From the NCBI RefSeq assembly GCF_006345805.1, contig NC_043009.1, positions 61,380,001 to 61,444,000 of the forward strand: a DNA stretch of 64,000 bases, read 5' to 3'. This document shows, in pieces, positions 1-13,700 of this stretch; the stretch's first letter is position 1, and each line of letters starts with the position of its first letter. Made by a program: the position numbers and the translations under genes. Under the pieces are notes generated by a model. The model had not been told where the DNA came from. It saw nothing but the letters and a program-made list of their open reading frames with translations, and searched no databases. The DNA comes from Octopus sinensis (taxonomy: Eukaryota).

Positions 1-27
1 AGTCAGGATTTTGGTGAGAATGTCTCG
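1..27 (-). CDS. DNAI4: DNAI4 probable last coding exon, RDILTKILT... (truncated by the window edge)
   Basis: Strong polypyrimidine tract plus cag acceptor at 28-29, phase 0; resembles the WDR78 C-terminal DIMDTLL helix. Confidence 0.75.
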
Positions 28-972
28 CTGAAACAGAGAAAACAAATGTCGTTAGATTACATCATGAGATATAGACGACACCATAATGCCATGTGGGACA
101 TAAGATGTCATGAGATACATGTGATGTCATGTGGTACAGATGGTGTTATGCAGTTATGTTATTCTTTTATTCTTTTACTTGTTTCAGTCATTTGACTGTG
201 GCCATGCTGGAGCACCGCCTTTAGTTGAGCAAATTGACCCCAGGACTTATTCTTTGAAAGCCTAGTACTTATTCTATCGGTCTCTTTTGCTAAACCGCTA
301 AGTTATGGGAGCGTAAACGCACCAGCATCAGTTGTCAAGTGATATTGGGGGAACAAACATAGACACACGCACTCACACATATATGACAGGCTTCCTTCAG
401 TTTCCGTCTACCAAATATACTCACAAGGCTTTGGTCAGCCCAAGGCTATAGTAGAAGACACTTGCCCAAGGTGCCACACAATGGGACTGAACCTGGAACG
501 ATGTGGTTGGTAAGCAAGCTACTTACCACACAAAAACTCCTGCACCTGGATACAAATAATCCTTTCCACTAAAGGCACAAGACCTGAAATTTTGGAGGAG
601 GGGACTAACAAAAATTTTGGAGGAGGGGACTAGTCAATTACATCAACCCCAGTGTTTCACCGGTACTTAATTTATCAAACCCCGAAAGGATGAAAGGCAA
701 AGTCGACCTCAGAGGAATTTGAACTCAGAATGTAACAACAGTGCACTAACGGTTCTGCCAGCTCGCCACCTTGTTATTGGGTACAAATAATCCTTTCTAC
801 TGAAGACACAAGGCCTTGAATTTGTCGGGAAGGGACTAGTCAATTACATCGACCCCAGTGCATAACTGGTACTTATTTAATCAACCCTGAAAGGATGAAA
901 GGAAAAGTTGACCTCGGCAGAATTTGAACTCAGAACATAACGGCAGATGAAATACCGCTAAGCATATGTATC

Positions 973-1010
<38 letters not shown>

Positions 1011-4000
1011 CACAGGCGTGGTTGTGCGGTAAGAAGCTTGCTTTCCTACCACATGATCCTGGGTTCAGGTTCACTGTGTGGCACCTTGTCAAGTGTCTTC
1101 AACTAAAGCCTCAAGCCAACCAAAGCCTTGTGAGTGGATTTAGTAGACTTAGTGGTTTACCAAAGAGACCAAAAGAACAAGTACAAGTAAAACAAAAGGT
1201 ACTAGGGTCGATTGATTCGGCTAAAATCCTTCAAGGCAGTGCTCCAGGATGGCCACAGATTAACGACTGAAACAAGTAAAAGATAAAAGATAAGATATCT
1301 ATGTACACTGGGCTTCTTTCAGTTTCCCTCTACCAAATCCACTCAGAATGTTTTGGTTGCTCTGGGGCTATAGTAGAAAAACACTTGCCCCAGGTGACAT
1401 GCAGTGGGATTGATCCCAGGTTCACATGCTTAGGAAGCAAGCTTCTTAGCCACACAACCACACTCGTGCCTGTACATGTATATAAGTATGCATGAGTCTA
1501 TGTGTGTGTGTGTGTGTGTATGTGTGTGTGTGCATGTGTCTGTGTCTGTGTGTGTGTGTGCGTGTCTGTGTGTGTGTGTGCGTGTGTCTGTGTGTGTGTC
1601 TGTGTGTGCGTGTGTCTGTGTGTGTGTGTGTGCGTGTGTGTGTGTGTGTCTCTGTGTGTGCGTGTGTCTGTGTGTGTGTGCGTGTGTCTGTGTGTGTGTC
1701 TGTGTGTGTGTATGTGTGTGCGTGTGTCTGTGTGTGTGTGTGTCTGTGTGTCTGTGTGCGTGTGTCTGTGTGTGTGTCTGTGTGTGTGTGTGTGTCGTGT
1801 ATGCTCCTTACCTGTTCGGCAATCGGGGGAGGTGAAGGCATGTTCTCCAACTGCAGCACTGTCACATTCCCTCCGCTGTCACCGACCAACAGACACTGGA
1901 AATAGAAATGCAGGGACCGGCATTGTAACGCATCATTGCACACACTTATAATCACTACTACATCAACAAACGCTATCACCACCAACATCATTCCCACCAC
2001 TACCCACCATCATCCTCCGCACCACCACCACCACCAACATCATCCCTAGGACTACCATCATCCTTACCACCACCAACACCATCAACATCATCCCTACTAC
2101 CACCATCATCCCCACCACCAACACCATCAACATCATCCCTACTACCACCATCATCCCCACCACCAACACCATCCCCAACACCAGCATCTTCCCCACCACC
2201 ACCACCACCACCATCATCCCCACCACCAATACCATCATCACCACCACCACCAACATCATCACCACCACCACCGCCAACAGCATCATCCTCACCACCAACA
2301 TCATACCCACCACCACCACCATCAACATCATCCCTACTACCACCATCATCACCACCACCACCATCATCCCCACCACCACATCATCCCCACCATCAACACC
2401 ATCATACCCACCACCACCATCACCCCCACCACCAACATCATCCCCACTACCACCATCATACCCACCACCACCATCATCACCACCACCACCATCATACCCA
2501 CCATCAACACCATCATCCCCACCACCACCATCATCCCCACCACCACCATCATCCCCAACACCAACATCATCCCTACTACCACCACCATCATACCCACCAC
2601 CACCAACATCATACCCACCATCAACACCATCACCCCCAACACCAACATCATCGCCACCACCACCACCATCATCCCCACCACCACCATCATCCCCACCACC
2701 ACCATCATCCCCAACACCAACATCATACCCACCATCAACACCATCATCCCCAACACCACCATCATCCCCACCACCACCATCATCCCCACCACCACCATCA
2801 TCCCCACCACCAACATCATCCCCAACACCAACATCATACCCACCACCACCACCATCCCCACCACTACAATCATCATAATCACTACCACCACCAACACCAC
2901 CACTACCACTACTACCAAAGCAGCAAAAAATCATGGCATACCTCTGAATTTTTGGCAAAAGACACACAGGTAGGTGCTATAGGTGTACTGCCTGAGAGAG
3001 GATTGTAATGAATGATGGGATCCAATCTGAAAATAAATAAGAGCTTCATAAATACAGGTGTAGGCATGGCTGTGTGGCAAGAAGCTCTCTTCCCAACCAC
3101 ACGGTTCCAGGTTCAGTCCCACTGCATGGCACCATGGGCAAATGTCTTCTACTATAGCCTCGAGCTGACCAAAGCCTTGTGAGTGGATTTAGCAGAAAGA
3201 AGCTCATTATATGTAATAGCAAACCTATCCATCTACGATGAAGGCATGAAATATGAGAGGTAAATCATTACAGCAGTATGTATTGAGAAATGTGTAAATG
3301 GACTTGATAGATTACTGGGTGATGCCCTAGAGAAATCCCATTATTGTAGGTGATACAGTATTCTATTGCAGCTGTATGACATGTGTTTGTGACTAAGTGA
3401 CATGTGGTGACGATTCGCTCCCGAACTGAAATGGGCTCTTAGCCTTTGTATCATGAATGGTTATGTGGACCACTCCTAACAAAAGCCAGAGTTTCCTTCG
3501 ACCACTACATAAAAAGTGTTAAGAAAAAAGTGTTATTTAGATATACTTTTATTTAGGTTGTTTACACTATTTTATGCTTGTTTATACTCTTATACATTCA
3601 AAGTTCACAAATTTCCTTGTTTGAATTATGAATCATATTCCTTTCCCACAATATCAATATGATTACAAAACTTCTTTGTAGACGATATTTTCTGTTTGGT
3701 CAACACTAATTTTCAAATTACTGGAGTTCGTTGCTCTACTCATAGCGACATATAACTGGCCGTGTGTAAAGATCGGAGTGGGTAAAAATACACCTACACG
3801 ATCTTAAGTTTGGCCCTGTGCCTTGTTTGCTGTGAATGCACAAGCAGAATCATTAGGAATCTGCCCATCTATGATGGGAAATAAAGGGATAATATCGCAA
3901 ATCTAAACCCTCTAAATTCATGAACTATACAGAGGGGAAATCTAGAGTTAATCTTTGTTGCCAGAATTTTAACAAAAAAAAAATCGAAGGTGATTTATTA

Positions 4001-7000
4001 ATACAAAACTCAATATCCTCTAAATAATCATACTTTTTCACATTCTTTCACTAAAAACCTTTCTGATTAACTCCTTTGTAATCCTGAAAAACATCATGAC
4101 CATTGGTTCAGCCATTTGAGCGTGAAAAGGGAACAGACAGACATAATGTCCATTATAGTAAGATGTGTGTGTGTGTGTGTGTCTAATGACTGAAAGGATA
4201 AAAAATAAAAGATAATAGTAGACATAAATAAATTCTGGCAGCACCTAACAAATTTTTGCACAAAGCCAGCAATTTCAGATATCAGAGATAGTTGATTACA
4301 TCAACTCCAGTGCTCAACTGGTACTTATTTTATTGACCCCGAAAGGATGAAAGACAAAGTTGACCTTGGCAGAATTTGAACTCAGAACATAAAAATGGAC
4401 GAAATGCTGCTAAGAATTTTAATCATCATGCTAATGGTTCTGCCTGCTCGCTGACTTATTGCAAAATAATATTCTTTTCTACACTAGGCACAAAGCCCCA
4501 AATTTTTGAGGAGTGGGGAAGTCAGTCGATTAGATGGACCCCAGAATTTAATTTATCTACTCTGAAAGGAACAAAGGCAAAGTTGACCTTGGCGGAATTT
4601 GAACTCAGGACAAAATACCAATTTCTTTACTACCCACAAGGGGCTAAACACAGAGAGGACAAACAAGGACAGACAAATGGATTAAGTCGATTATATCAAC
4701 CCCAGTGCGTAACTGGTACCTATTTAATTGACCCCAAAAGGACAAAAGGCAAAGTCGACCTCGGCGGAATTTGAACTCAAAACGTAGCGGCAGACAAAAT
4801 ACCACTAAGCATTTCACCCGGCATGCTAACGTTTCTGCCATCTCACCGCCTTATTGCAAAAGAATATTAAAACAACTTACATGTCCTGACTCAAGTCCCA
4901 AACTTCGACTTCATCATGGTTAACACAGGCAAAAACTGTTGATGATGTTGGGGACCATGCCACCGAATACACTGTTTTCTGTAATGTATAATATAGTAAC
5001 GTTAATATGAGAGTGTGTACAAGTATGAGTGTGTATATTTATATTGCAAGTTACTTGGTTACCCTACCAGTGCTGGTGCCACATAAAAAGCATCCAGTCC
5101 ACACTGTAAAGTGGTTGGCATTTGGAAGGGCAGACAGCTGTAAATTTCATGCCAAAACTGACCTTGCCTGTGCTAATGCCACATAAAAAGTACTGAGTCC
5201 ACTCTGCAGAGTGGTTGGTGTTAGGAAGGGCATCCATCCATAAAAACCCTGCCAAAACAAACACAGTAGCCTCGGGTAGTCTTTTACCTGACCAGGTCCT
5301 GTCGACTGTCCTACCCATGCATGCATGGAAGACAGATGTTAAACGATGATGATGATGATGATGATACTTATATACTTTATTCAAGCGAAGGTACATGGCT
5401 TAATGATTAGGGTATTCAGCTCACTATCACAAGGTCATGAGTTCAATTCCTGGTGCTGCTTTGTGTCCTTGAGCAAGACACTTTATTTCATGTTGCTCCA
5501 GTCCACTCAGCTGGCAAAAGTGTAATTCAAAGGGCCAGCCTTGTCACATTCAGTGTCATGCTGAATCTCCTGGAGAACTACATTAAGGGTATGCATGTCT
5601 GTGGAGTACTCAGCCACTTGCACATTTAATTTCACAAGCAAGCTGTTCCATTGATCAGATCAATTGAAACCCTTGTCGTCATAACCAACGGAGTGACAAT
5701 TATTTATATACACAGGGCGTTTGCACTAAATTTGACAGTTTACATAAAAAAGGAAAAGGTAACACAATACCCCGTTCAAAAAAAAAGAAAAGAATTTAAT
5801 AAAATCAAAAACAACCAAATAGATATGGCTGGGAGATAAGAGTTTGCTCAAAGAAGATACTCTCAGCTTCCATTACAGCCTCAAGAAAGCTCCAGAACCA
5901 GGCACATGCATTCCTCATTGTATCCCTGGGAAGATCATCTACAAAAACCTATTTAATCTTGGCCACCAGTTCAGCCTTGATGTTTCATATTTCTTTATTG
6001 CCCACAAGGGGCTAAACATAGAGGGGACAAACAAGGATGGACAAAGGGATTAAGTCGATTAGATCGACCCCAGTGCGTAACTGGTACTTAATTTATCGAC
6101 CCCCGAAAGGATGAAAGGCAAAGTCGACCTCGGCGGAATTTGAACTCAGAACATAGCGGCAGGCGAAATACGGCTACGCATTTCGCCTGGCGTGCTAACG
6201 ATTCTGCCAGTTTGCCGCCTTATTCAGCCCTGATGTTTCAGGTAGACCATTTGGTGTCTTTCTTAACTGCATCCCACAAGGATGAAAGGAAAAGCTGGTA
6301 TCAGTGGAGTATGAACTTAGATCATAAAAAGTCAGATGAAATGCCACTAAGCATTTTATCTGACATGTTGCCAATTCTGCAAGTTAGCCATCGAAAGGAA
6401 AAGGAAAATAGTAAAAAAAAGATAAGACAAAAAGAAGTTTTAAAAAAAGCGAAGAGATAGACATGTTTACCAAACGAATGACTGTTTTCTCACTAGAAGT
6501 CTGTAGGTGTACTCGGCCTGGCCGTTCAGGTTTTGATTCCACAGCCTGAAATATGGAGAATTTGGTAAAGGTCAGAAATATGCCTAAGAATAAATGAAGA
6601 AAGTCTTTATAATGTGAGAGAGAAATTGAATAAATGCTTCTAGAGATACAGATATTGTTGTCTATCAGAAATGTGCGTGTGTGTAAATGTATCTTGCCCA
6701 GGATATCAATCGTCTGGAAGCTGTTCAGCGACGTGCAACCAAAAGAATACCCTCCATCAGGCATTTGCCATATTCTGAACGCCTTACTTCCCTGGGCATG
6801 GACACATTGAAACTCCGACGTCTGGCAGCTGACTTGGCAGACACCCATAAAATTATCAACCATCGTACAAACAATAACTCTGACCACCTTTTCAAACTCC
6901 ACCCGTCTAACACCTGTGGACATATTTACAAAGTCAGAAAACAGCACAGCTCCCATGACTTCAGGAAACATTTTTTCACGCTGAGAGTTGCTGAAGCATG

Positions 7001-7696
7001 GAACAAACTGCCGGCATCAGTTGTTAGTTGTCGGAGCACTGCATCCTTCAAAACTTCCATGCTTTCTGAGATTTGCCAACACTACACCTGATTTTCTCCC
7101 CTCCATACACACACAGGCATGTATCTAACTCATACATTGTTCGCTTTCCAGACATTTTTACATTACTGCATGTACTTTATATGCACTTTCTGACAAGTTG
7201 TGGTGCACCTGAGCACTGTATACAATAATTTCATTATATCATTATATCATGACAATTACATGCAATCTTAATTTCAAACTAGGAGGAAGGAATATTAAGA
7301 ACAACACGTGGTCAAAGCGTGTTTTATTATGCATCAACTTATTGAGACTAGACAGATGCTTCTCTACTTCAACAAGAAGCATGGTGAGCAAGCATGAGGA
7401 ACAACTCTGAATGTTACATCATCAGCTTTCATTATTGCTGGCTCAGTATTCATTAGTATTAATTAGTATCTAGCATACTATACTCTTTTCTCTTTTACTC
7501 TCTTACTTGTTTCAGTCATTTGACTGTGGCCATGCTGGAGCACCACCTTTAGTCAAGGAAATCGACCCCAGGACTTATTCTTTGTAAGCCTAGTACTTGC
7601 TCTATCGGTCTCTTTTGCTGAACCGCTAAGTTATGGAGACATAAACACACCAGCATCGGTTGTCAAGCAATGTTGTGGGGACAAACACAGACACAC

Positions 7697-7738
<42 letters not shown>

Positions 7739-10700
7739 CGACGGGCTTCTTTCAGTTTCCGTCTACCAGATCCACTCACAAGGCTTAGGTCGGCCCGAGG
7801 TTATAGTTAATAGAAGACACTTGCCCAAGGTGCCAGGCAGTGGGACTGAATCCGGAACCATGTGGTTGGTAAGCAAGCTACTCATCACACAGATAACCCT
7901 ATTTAAAACTTTAGCATTTAAACCAGCCATATCCAGCCAAAATATCCTACATGTTCAAATTGGCCAGATCTGGCCTCTCACACCAGCCCTACTATATAGT
8001 TCTAAAAATGAATAGCTACTTCATCAAAATCTCAAAGCTACAAGATAATGCATAATCAATTCAGAACAATACGAATAAATAAGCATAACTTTTGAGAGAA
8101 TAATTTGAATGCTAAAGGGTTAAACCTGCTGTGGTTATTTCTGATGCTGAAAAGACAAAATAATCAACCTCATCTTTTAATTATTTAAACCATTTATAAT
8201 TAAATTATTAATATTTTCTCCAATCAACCATTTATAATTGAATTATTAATTAATATCATTGCCAATTGCCACGCAATGTTTTTCAAGAATATATCCATCC
8301 AGCTAGCTAGTTACAACACAGCGAGCAAGCAAAGACTATATTTCCACTGACAAAGGCTAACAACACAGAAATGTTCAGAGTTGTCTACCATGAGCAGATA
8401 ATGCTGTTTTTCTCTAATCAATGTATTTATCGATACCATGGTTATTTCTGATGTTGCGATCAATGGAAATAATGAAATACTGTTTCATTATGTAAATAAG
8501 CAGAGGTGCAATGGCCCAGTGGTTAGGGCAGCGGACTCGCAGTCAGAGGATCACGGTTTTGATTCCCAGACCGGGCGTTGAGTGTGGGTATTGAGCAAAA
8601 ACACCTAAAGCTCCACGAGGCCCCAGCAGGAGGGGGCGACCCCTGTTGTACTCTTTCGCCCTAACTTTCTCTCACTCTTTCTTCCTGTCTCTTGAGTAAC
8701 GCTGCAATTGACTGGCGTCCTGTCCAGCTGGGGGGAACACATGCACCATAGAAACAGGGGAAACCGAGCCCATGGGTCTGGCTAGGCTTGAAAAGGGTAC
8801 ATAAATAATAATAAAATATAAATAAGCACTCAGCACTCCTTTCCAATATTGTGGTATTCACAAATTGATAAACAGACTGATATAAACTATACATTTTGGT
8901 CAGAGTCACCACACATTCATGTTGAACAGCTAATTGCCTCTCAGAGTGCCCTATAAAACACAGCTGCCCCACCCTCTGCAGTCAGTGCCCAGTGTCCAGC
9001 ATCCACAGATGAAAATAAAATATGAAACTGTAAAGACTTACAATGGAAGAAAAGAACTTGAGAATTGGTACCAATCTGTTTTGGTGCCACAGTTTTACTG
9101 TCCAATCTCCTCCAGCACTGAGAAATACATCTGACAGGAATGGAGACCATGTAATGCTATAAACTGGAGCCTGGAATAGAATATTGGAGAAAAAAAGTAT
9201 TGAGAGAGAGATGTGTAAGTGTATATCATAAACACATACACTCATATTATATAAGGATATATATATATATATATCAAATTCAATGACTGGCATCCATGCT
9301 AGTGGAGCGCTAAGAGCACCATCCAAGCGTGATCGATGCAAGAGCGGCTAACTGGCTTCTGTGACAGAGGCACGTAAATTGCACCATTTGAGCGTGATCG
9401 TTACCAGTGTCACCTTACTGGCACGTGAAAAAATATTTGAGCGTGGTCATTGCCATTGCTGCTGGACTGGCTCCTGTGCATGTGGCATGTAAAAAACACC
9501 ATTTGAGTGCGGCCATTGCCAGTACCGCTTGAAGAAAAGTGGAAACAGTATGAAAGTATGTTTAAAGATTGTTATATATTTGTTACAGTGAGTGACTTAT
9601 ATAAAATATTACCCTCGTGCCGGTGGCACGTAAAAGCACCCATTACACTCTCGGAGCTGTTGGCATTAGGAAGGGCATTCAGCTGTAGAAACTCTGCCAG
9701 ATCAGATTGGAGCCTGGTGCAGCCATCTGGTTCGCCAGTCCTCAGTCAAATTGTCCAACCCATGCCAGCATGGAAAGCGGACATTAAATGATGATGATGA
9801 TATATATATATATATATTTATATGTATATATACATACATACATAAACACACACACACACACACTCTCTCTCTCATACACACACACATACACACACACATC
9901 ATCATTATCATCATCATCATCAGTTAATATCTGTTGTTCATGTTGGCATAGGTTGGACGGTTTGACCAGGGTTAATAAGCTGAGGGGCTGCACTAGACTC
10001 CAGTCTGATTTGGCATGGTTTCTACTGCTGGATGCCCTTCCTAATGCCAACCACTCCGAGAGTGTAATGGATGCTTTGACATGCCACCGGCACAGGTGCC
10101 AGTTGTGCGACACCAGTATCTGCCACAAATGCGATTCCACTTGGTTTGATGAATCTTCTTCTCAAGCACAGCATATTGCTGAAGGTCTCAGCCATTTGAG
10201 CGGCTAACTGGCATCCGTGCCAGTGGCATGTAAAAAGCACCATTCGAGGGTGATCGTTACCACCATCACCTTACTGGCATTTGTGCTGGTGTGCAGGTGG
10301 CACGTAAAAAAAACACCATTTGGACATGGACGTTGCCAGAACTGCCTGTCCGGCCCTCATGCCAGTGGCACATAAAAGCACCCACTACACTCCTGGAGTG
10401 GTTGGCATTAGGAAGGTCATCCAGCTGTAGAAACTCTGCCAGATCAAGATTGGAGCCTGGTGCAGCCATCTGGCTTGTCACTCCTCAGTCAAATCGTCCA
10501 ACCCGTGCTAGCATGGAAAGCGGATGTTAAACGATGATGATGATGATATATATATATATATATATATATATTTTATACCAACAACAACACCAAACTCACC
10601 ACAACATTTAACCAAGCCCAGTTTACAAAGATCTCAAAGCTATGGACCTGAACCAACCATTCTTCATACAAACAACAGTATCATCAACTTACTGTGTGAG

Positions 10701-13700
10701 CATTGTAGGTGTCCAGATATTGTTCATTGTAGGAGAGAGAACATTTATGAATATGGCCATCTTCTGTACCAACCATGTAACTGGAAAGAAAAAAAGACAC
10801 ACTATAGTATTGGTTTCAAATTTTAGCACAAGGCCACCAATTTCGAAGGAAGGGATAAGCTAGTTGCATCACCCCCCAGTGCTCAACTGGTACTTATCTC
10901 ATCAGCCTCAAAAGAATGAAAGGCAAAGTCGACCTCAGCAGAATTTGAACTCAGTTAACTAAGAATTGATGAGATTCCAAAAAGCCTTTTTCCCGGAATG
11001 CTAACAATTCTGCCAGCTCACCACCTTTATTATTATTATTTACTGGTCAAATCGTAGAATCTAGTTGAATGAAGTAATCTATGCAAGAAAGTTCAGAGAT
11101 AGGAAATGGAGAAATAGCAGCTAAGTGGTGGTTTTCAGTCATGTGGTGTAGAGAAATAGATGGACATAGCAATGACAGGAATGGCTCTAAGTCTAATCAA
11201 CTAAGAAGCGAGGAGCAGGGTTAGCAAGATGTTTTTATTAGAAACTTCCAAGAGAAACGCTAAGCTTCTTGAATAATTAAGAATCACGTCTCATGACATA
11301 GGTGCTTCAAGGAACTTTGAAAAGGGAGGTTACTCTATGATCTTTCTTGCAAGGGAGATCATTCAACTGTTTAGCTACCTACACCACTACAAGGGCTTCA
11401 GTTGGAGAAATTGACCCTGAGACTTTTATCAAGCAATGGTGAGGGAACATACACACACACACATAGATACATACATGTTTATATGTGACAGGCTTCTTTC
11501 AGTTTCCATCTACCAAATCCACTCACAGGGCTTTGGTCGGCCTGAGGCTATAGTAGAAGTGGGACTGAACCCAGAACCATGTGGTTGGGAAGCAAACTTC
11601 TTACCACACAGCCACGCATGCACCTATTGTAGTGACCCCCTTTTAAATATAAGACTTACATATTTGGGATGCCAGGCTGGAAACTAATGCAAGTTCCACA
11701 GGCATATCTTGATATATATGTTTCCACTCTCCTCTCCCGTAACTTTGGACCAACTTTGGCCGAACGGCCAATCCGGCGCAGATGCATCATGTCTGAAAAA
11801 GGAAAAAAGGAGAATGAGCAACAGAACTATCTCTTAGAACAAAACAATCAAATCAAATGTTAATGGCATAGCTTGAGCGTGTGTCCCTGGGGGCAGCTCT
11901 TGAGTTTACAGCCCTTTATTTCAATACAGCTTATATGTGCTTTTACAGCAGACCCAAAAGTGTTGCATCTATAAAAATGTCTCCTGGGGTAGACTGTGCC
12001 ACCTTGCCCCCCACCCCTGACTCTCCAGTTATGCTACTGTTGTGTGTGTGTGTGTGTGTGCATATGTTTCTTTTACTATCTTTTATCTTTTCAGTCATTA
12101 GACTGCAGCCATGCTGGAGCACCATCTTGGAATACATATAAACATACATATATGTTCTCAGACAGTACTATATGAAATGAAATGCTCTCTCTCTCTCTCT
12201 CTCTCTCTCTGTGCGTGCGTGTGTGTGTGTACATATGGTTTAGAGACAGGCTAGGAATAATAGCAGAAAGACTGGAAAAGATGGTAGAGTCTGAGGCTGG
12301 AGGTTAACTATTCAGTATATGTCAAGTGCTTGGGATTAATCAAAATAACAGGAGCAGGGTTGTGGACAGGGTTGCAACAAACAGGAGAGTTTAGCCTAAA
12401 AGACTAAGAATAGAAAAATAGAAAGTAAAAAAACTATAATAATAATAATAATAATAATAGTAATAATATTAATGATGATGATGATGATGATGATAATAAT
12501 AATAATAATATTAATAAAGAAGTAAATGTGAAGGCAAGGAATTTATTCTTATCAGCTAAAAATTTGATGTAATTATTAATTATCATTATTCTGCTATTAT
12601 CCCCTAATGAAGGTATTTTTAACCATACCACATAACCCTTTTACTTGACTCCCGTCCCATTTGAAAAGCAATAACAACCTTGACCTTAAAAGCCGAACCA
12701 ATACAATGTAATTTAAACACTTATTATATAAATACTAACACAACCACCAATGTTTACTCACCCAAATGCTGACCCCTTATTTTGTACTCCATTCCCTCCT
12801 TGTCTTCTTTTTATTTATTTATTAATAGTTTGAGTATAGGCACAGGGGTGGCTGTGTGGTAAGTTGCTTGCTTACCAACCACATGGTTCCGGGTTCAGTC
12901 CCACTGCGTGGCACCTTGGGTAAGTGTCTTCTACTATAGCCTTGGGCCAACCAAAGCCTTGTGAGTGGATTTGGTAGGTGGAAACTGAAAGAAGCCCATC
13001 GTATATATGTATATATATATATGTATGTGTGTGTGTGTGTCTGTCTTTGTCTCCCCAAAATCGCTTGACAACTGATGCTGGTGTGTTTACGTCCCCGTAA
13101 CTTAGCGGTTCGGCAAAAGAGACGTACAAGAATAAGTCCTGGTGACCCAGCACGGCCACAGTCACAAGACTGAAACAAGTAAAAGAGTAAAGAGTTGTTA
13201 GCATACCATGCAAAATGCTTAGTGGCATTTCGTCGTCTGAGTTCAAATTCCACTGAGGTCAACCGTCCCCTTCATCCTTTTGAGATCCAATAAAATAAAT
13301 ACCATGATGTAATCAACTAACTCCACCACTCCCAAAATTGCAGGCCTTGTGCCAATAGTTGAAAGGATTATTTTCCATTTTCAAGGGCTGCAAACTGGCA
13401 CAACTGTTAGAATCTCAGACAAAATGCTTACTGGGATTTCTTCCAGCTCTTCACATTCCAAGTTCAAATCCTACCAAGGTCAGCTATGCCTTTCATCTTT
13501 CAGGGGTTGATAAAATAAAGTCCTAGTGACAGTCAAGTACTGGGGTCAATGTGGAGGTGCAATGGCCCAGTGGTTAGGGCAGCGGACTCGCGGTCATAGG
13601 ATCACGGTTTCGATTCCCAGACCGGGCATTGTGAGTGTTTATTGAGCGAAAACACCTAAAGCTCCACGAGGCTCTGGCAGGGGATGGTGGTGATCCCTGC

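Noticed and set aside
1963-2967. 334-aa Gly/Asp-rich ORF as a structural protein gene
   Set aside because: It lies inside a DNAI4 intron, overlaps an exon in another frame, and GGT/GAT repeats are inherently stop-free.
3670-3720. FVDDIFC, resembling a Penelope RT catalytic motif
   Set aside because: The match is too short and has no flanking motifs, so it is not supportable without a search.
8504-8580. tRNA-like sequence with A and B boxes (also 13555, 15406, 32700)
   Set aside because: No complete cloverleaf; each continues into a repeated SINE body, so these are SINE heads and not tRNA genes.
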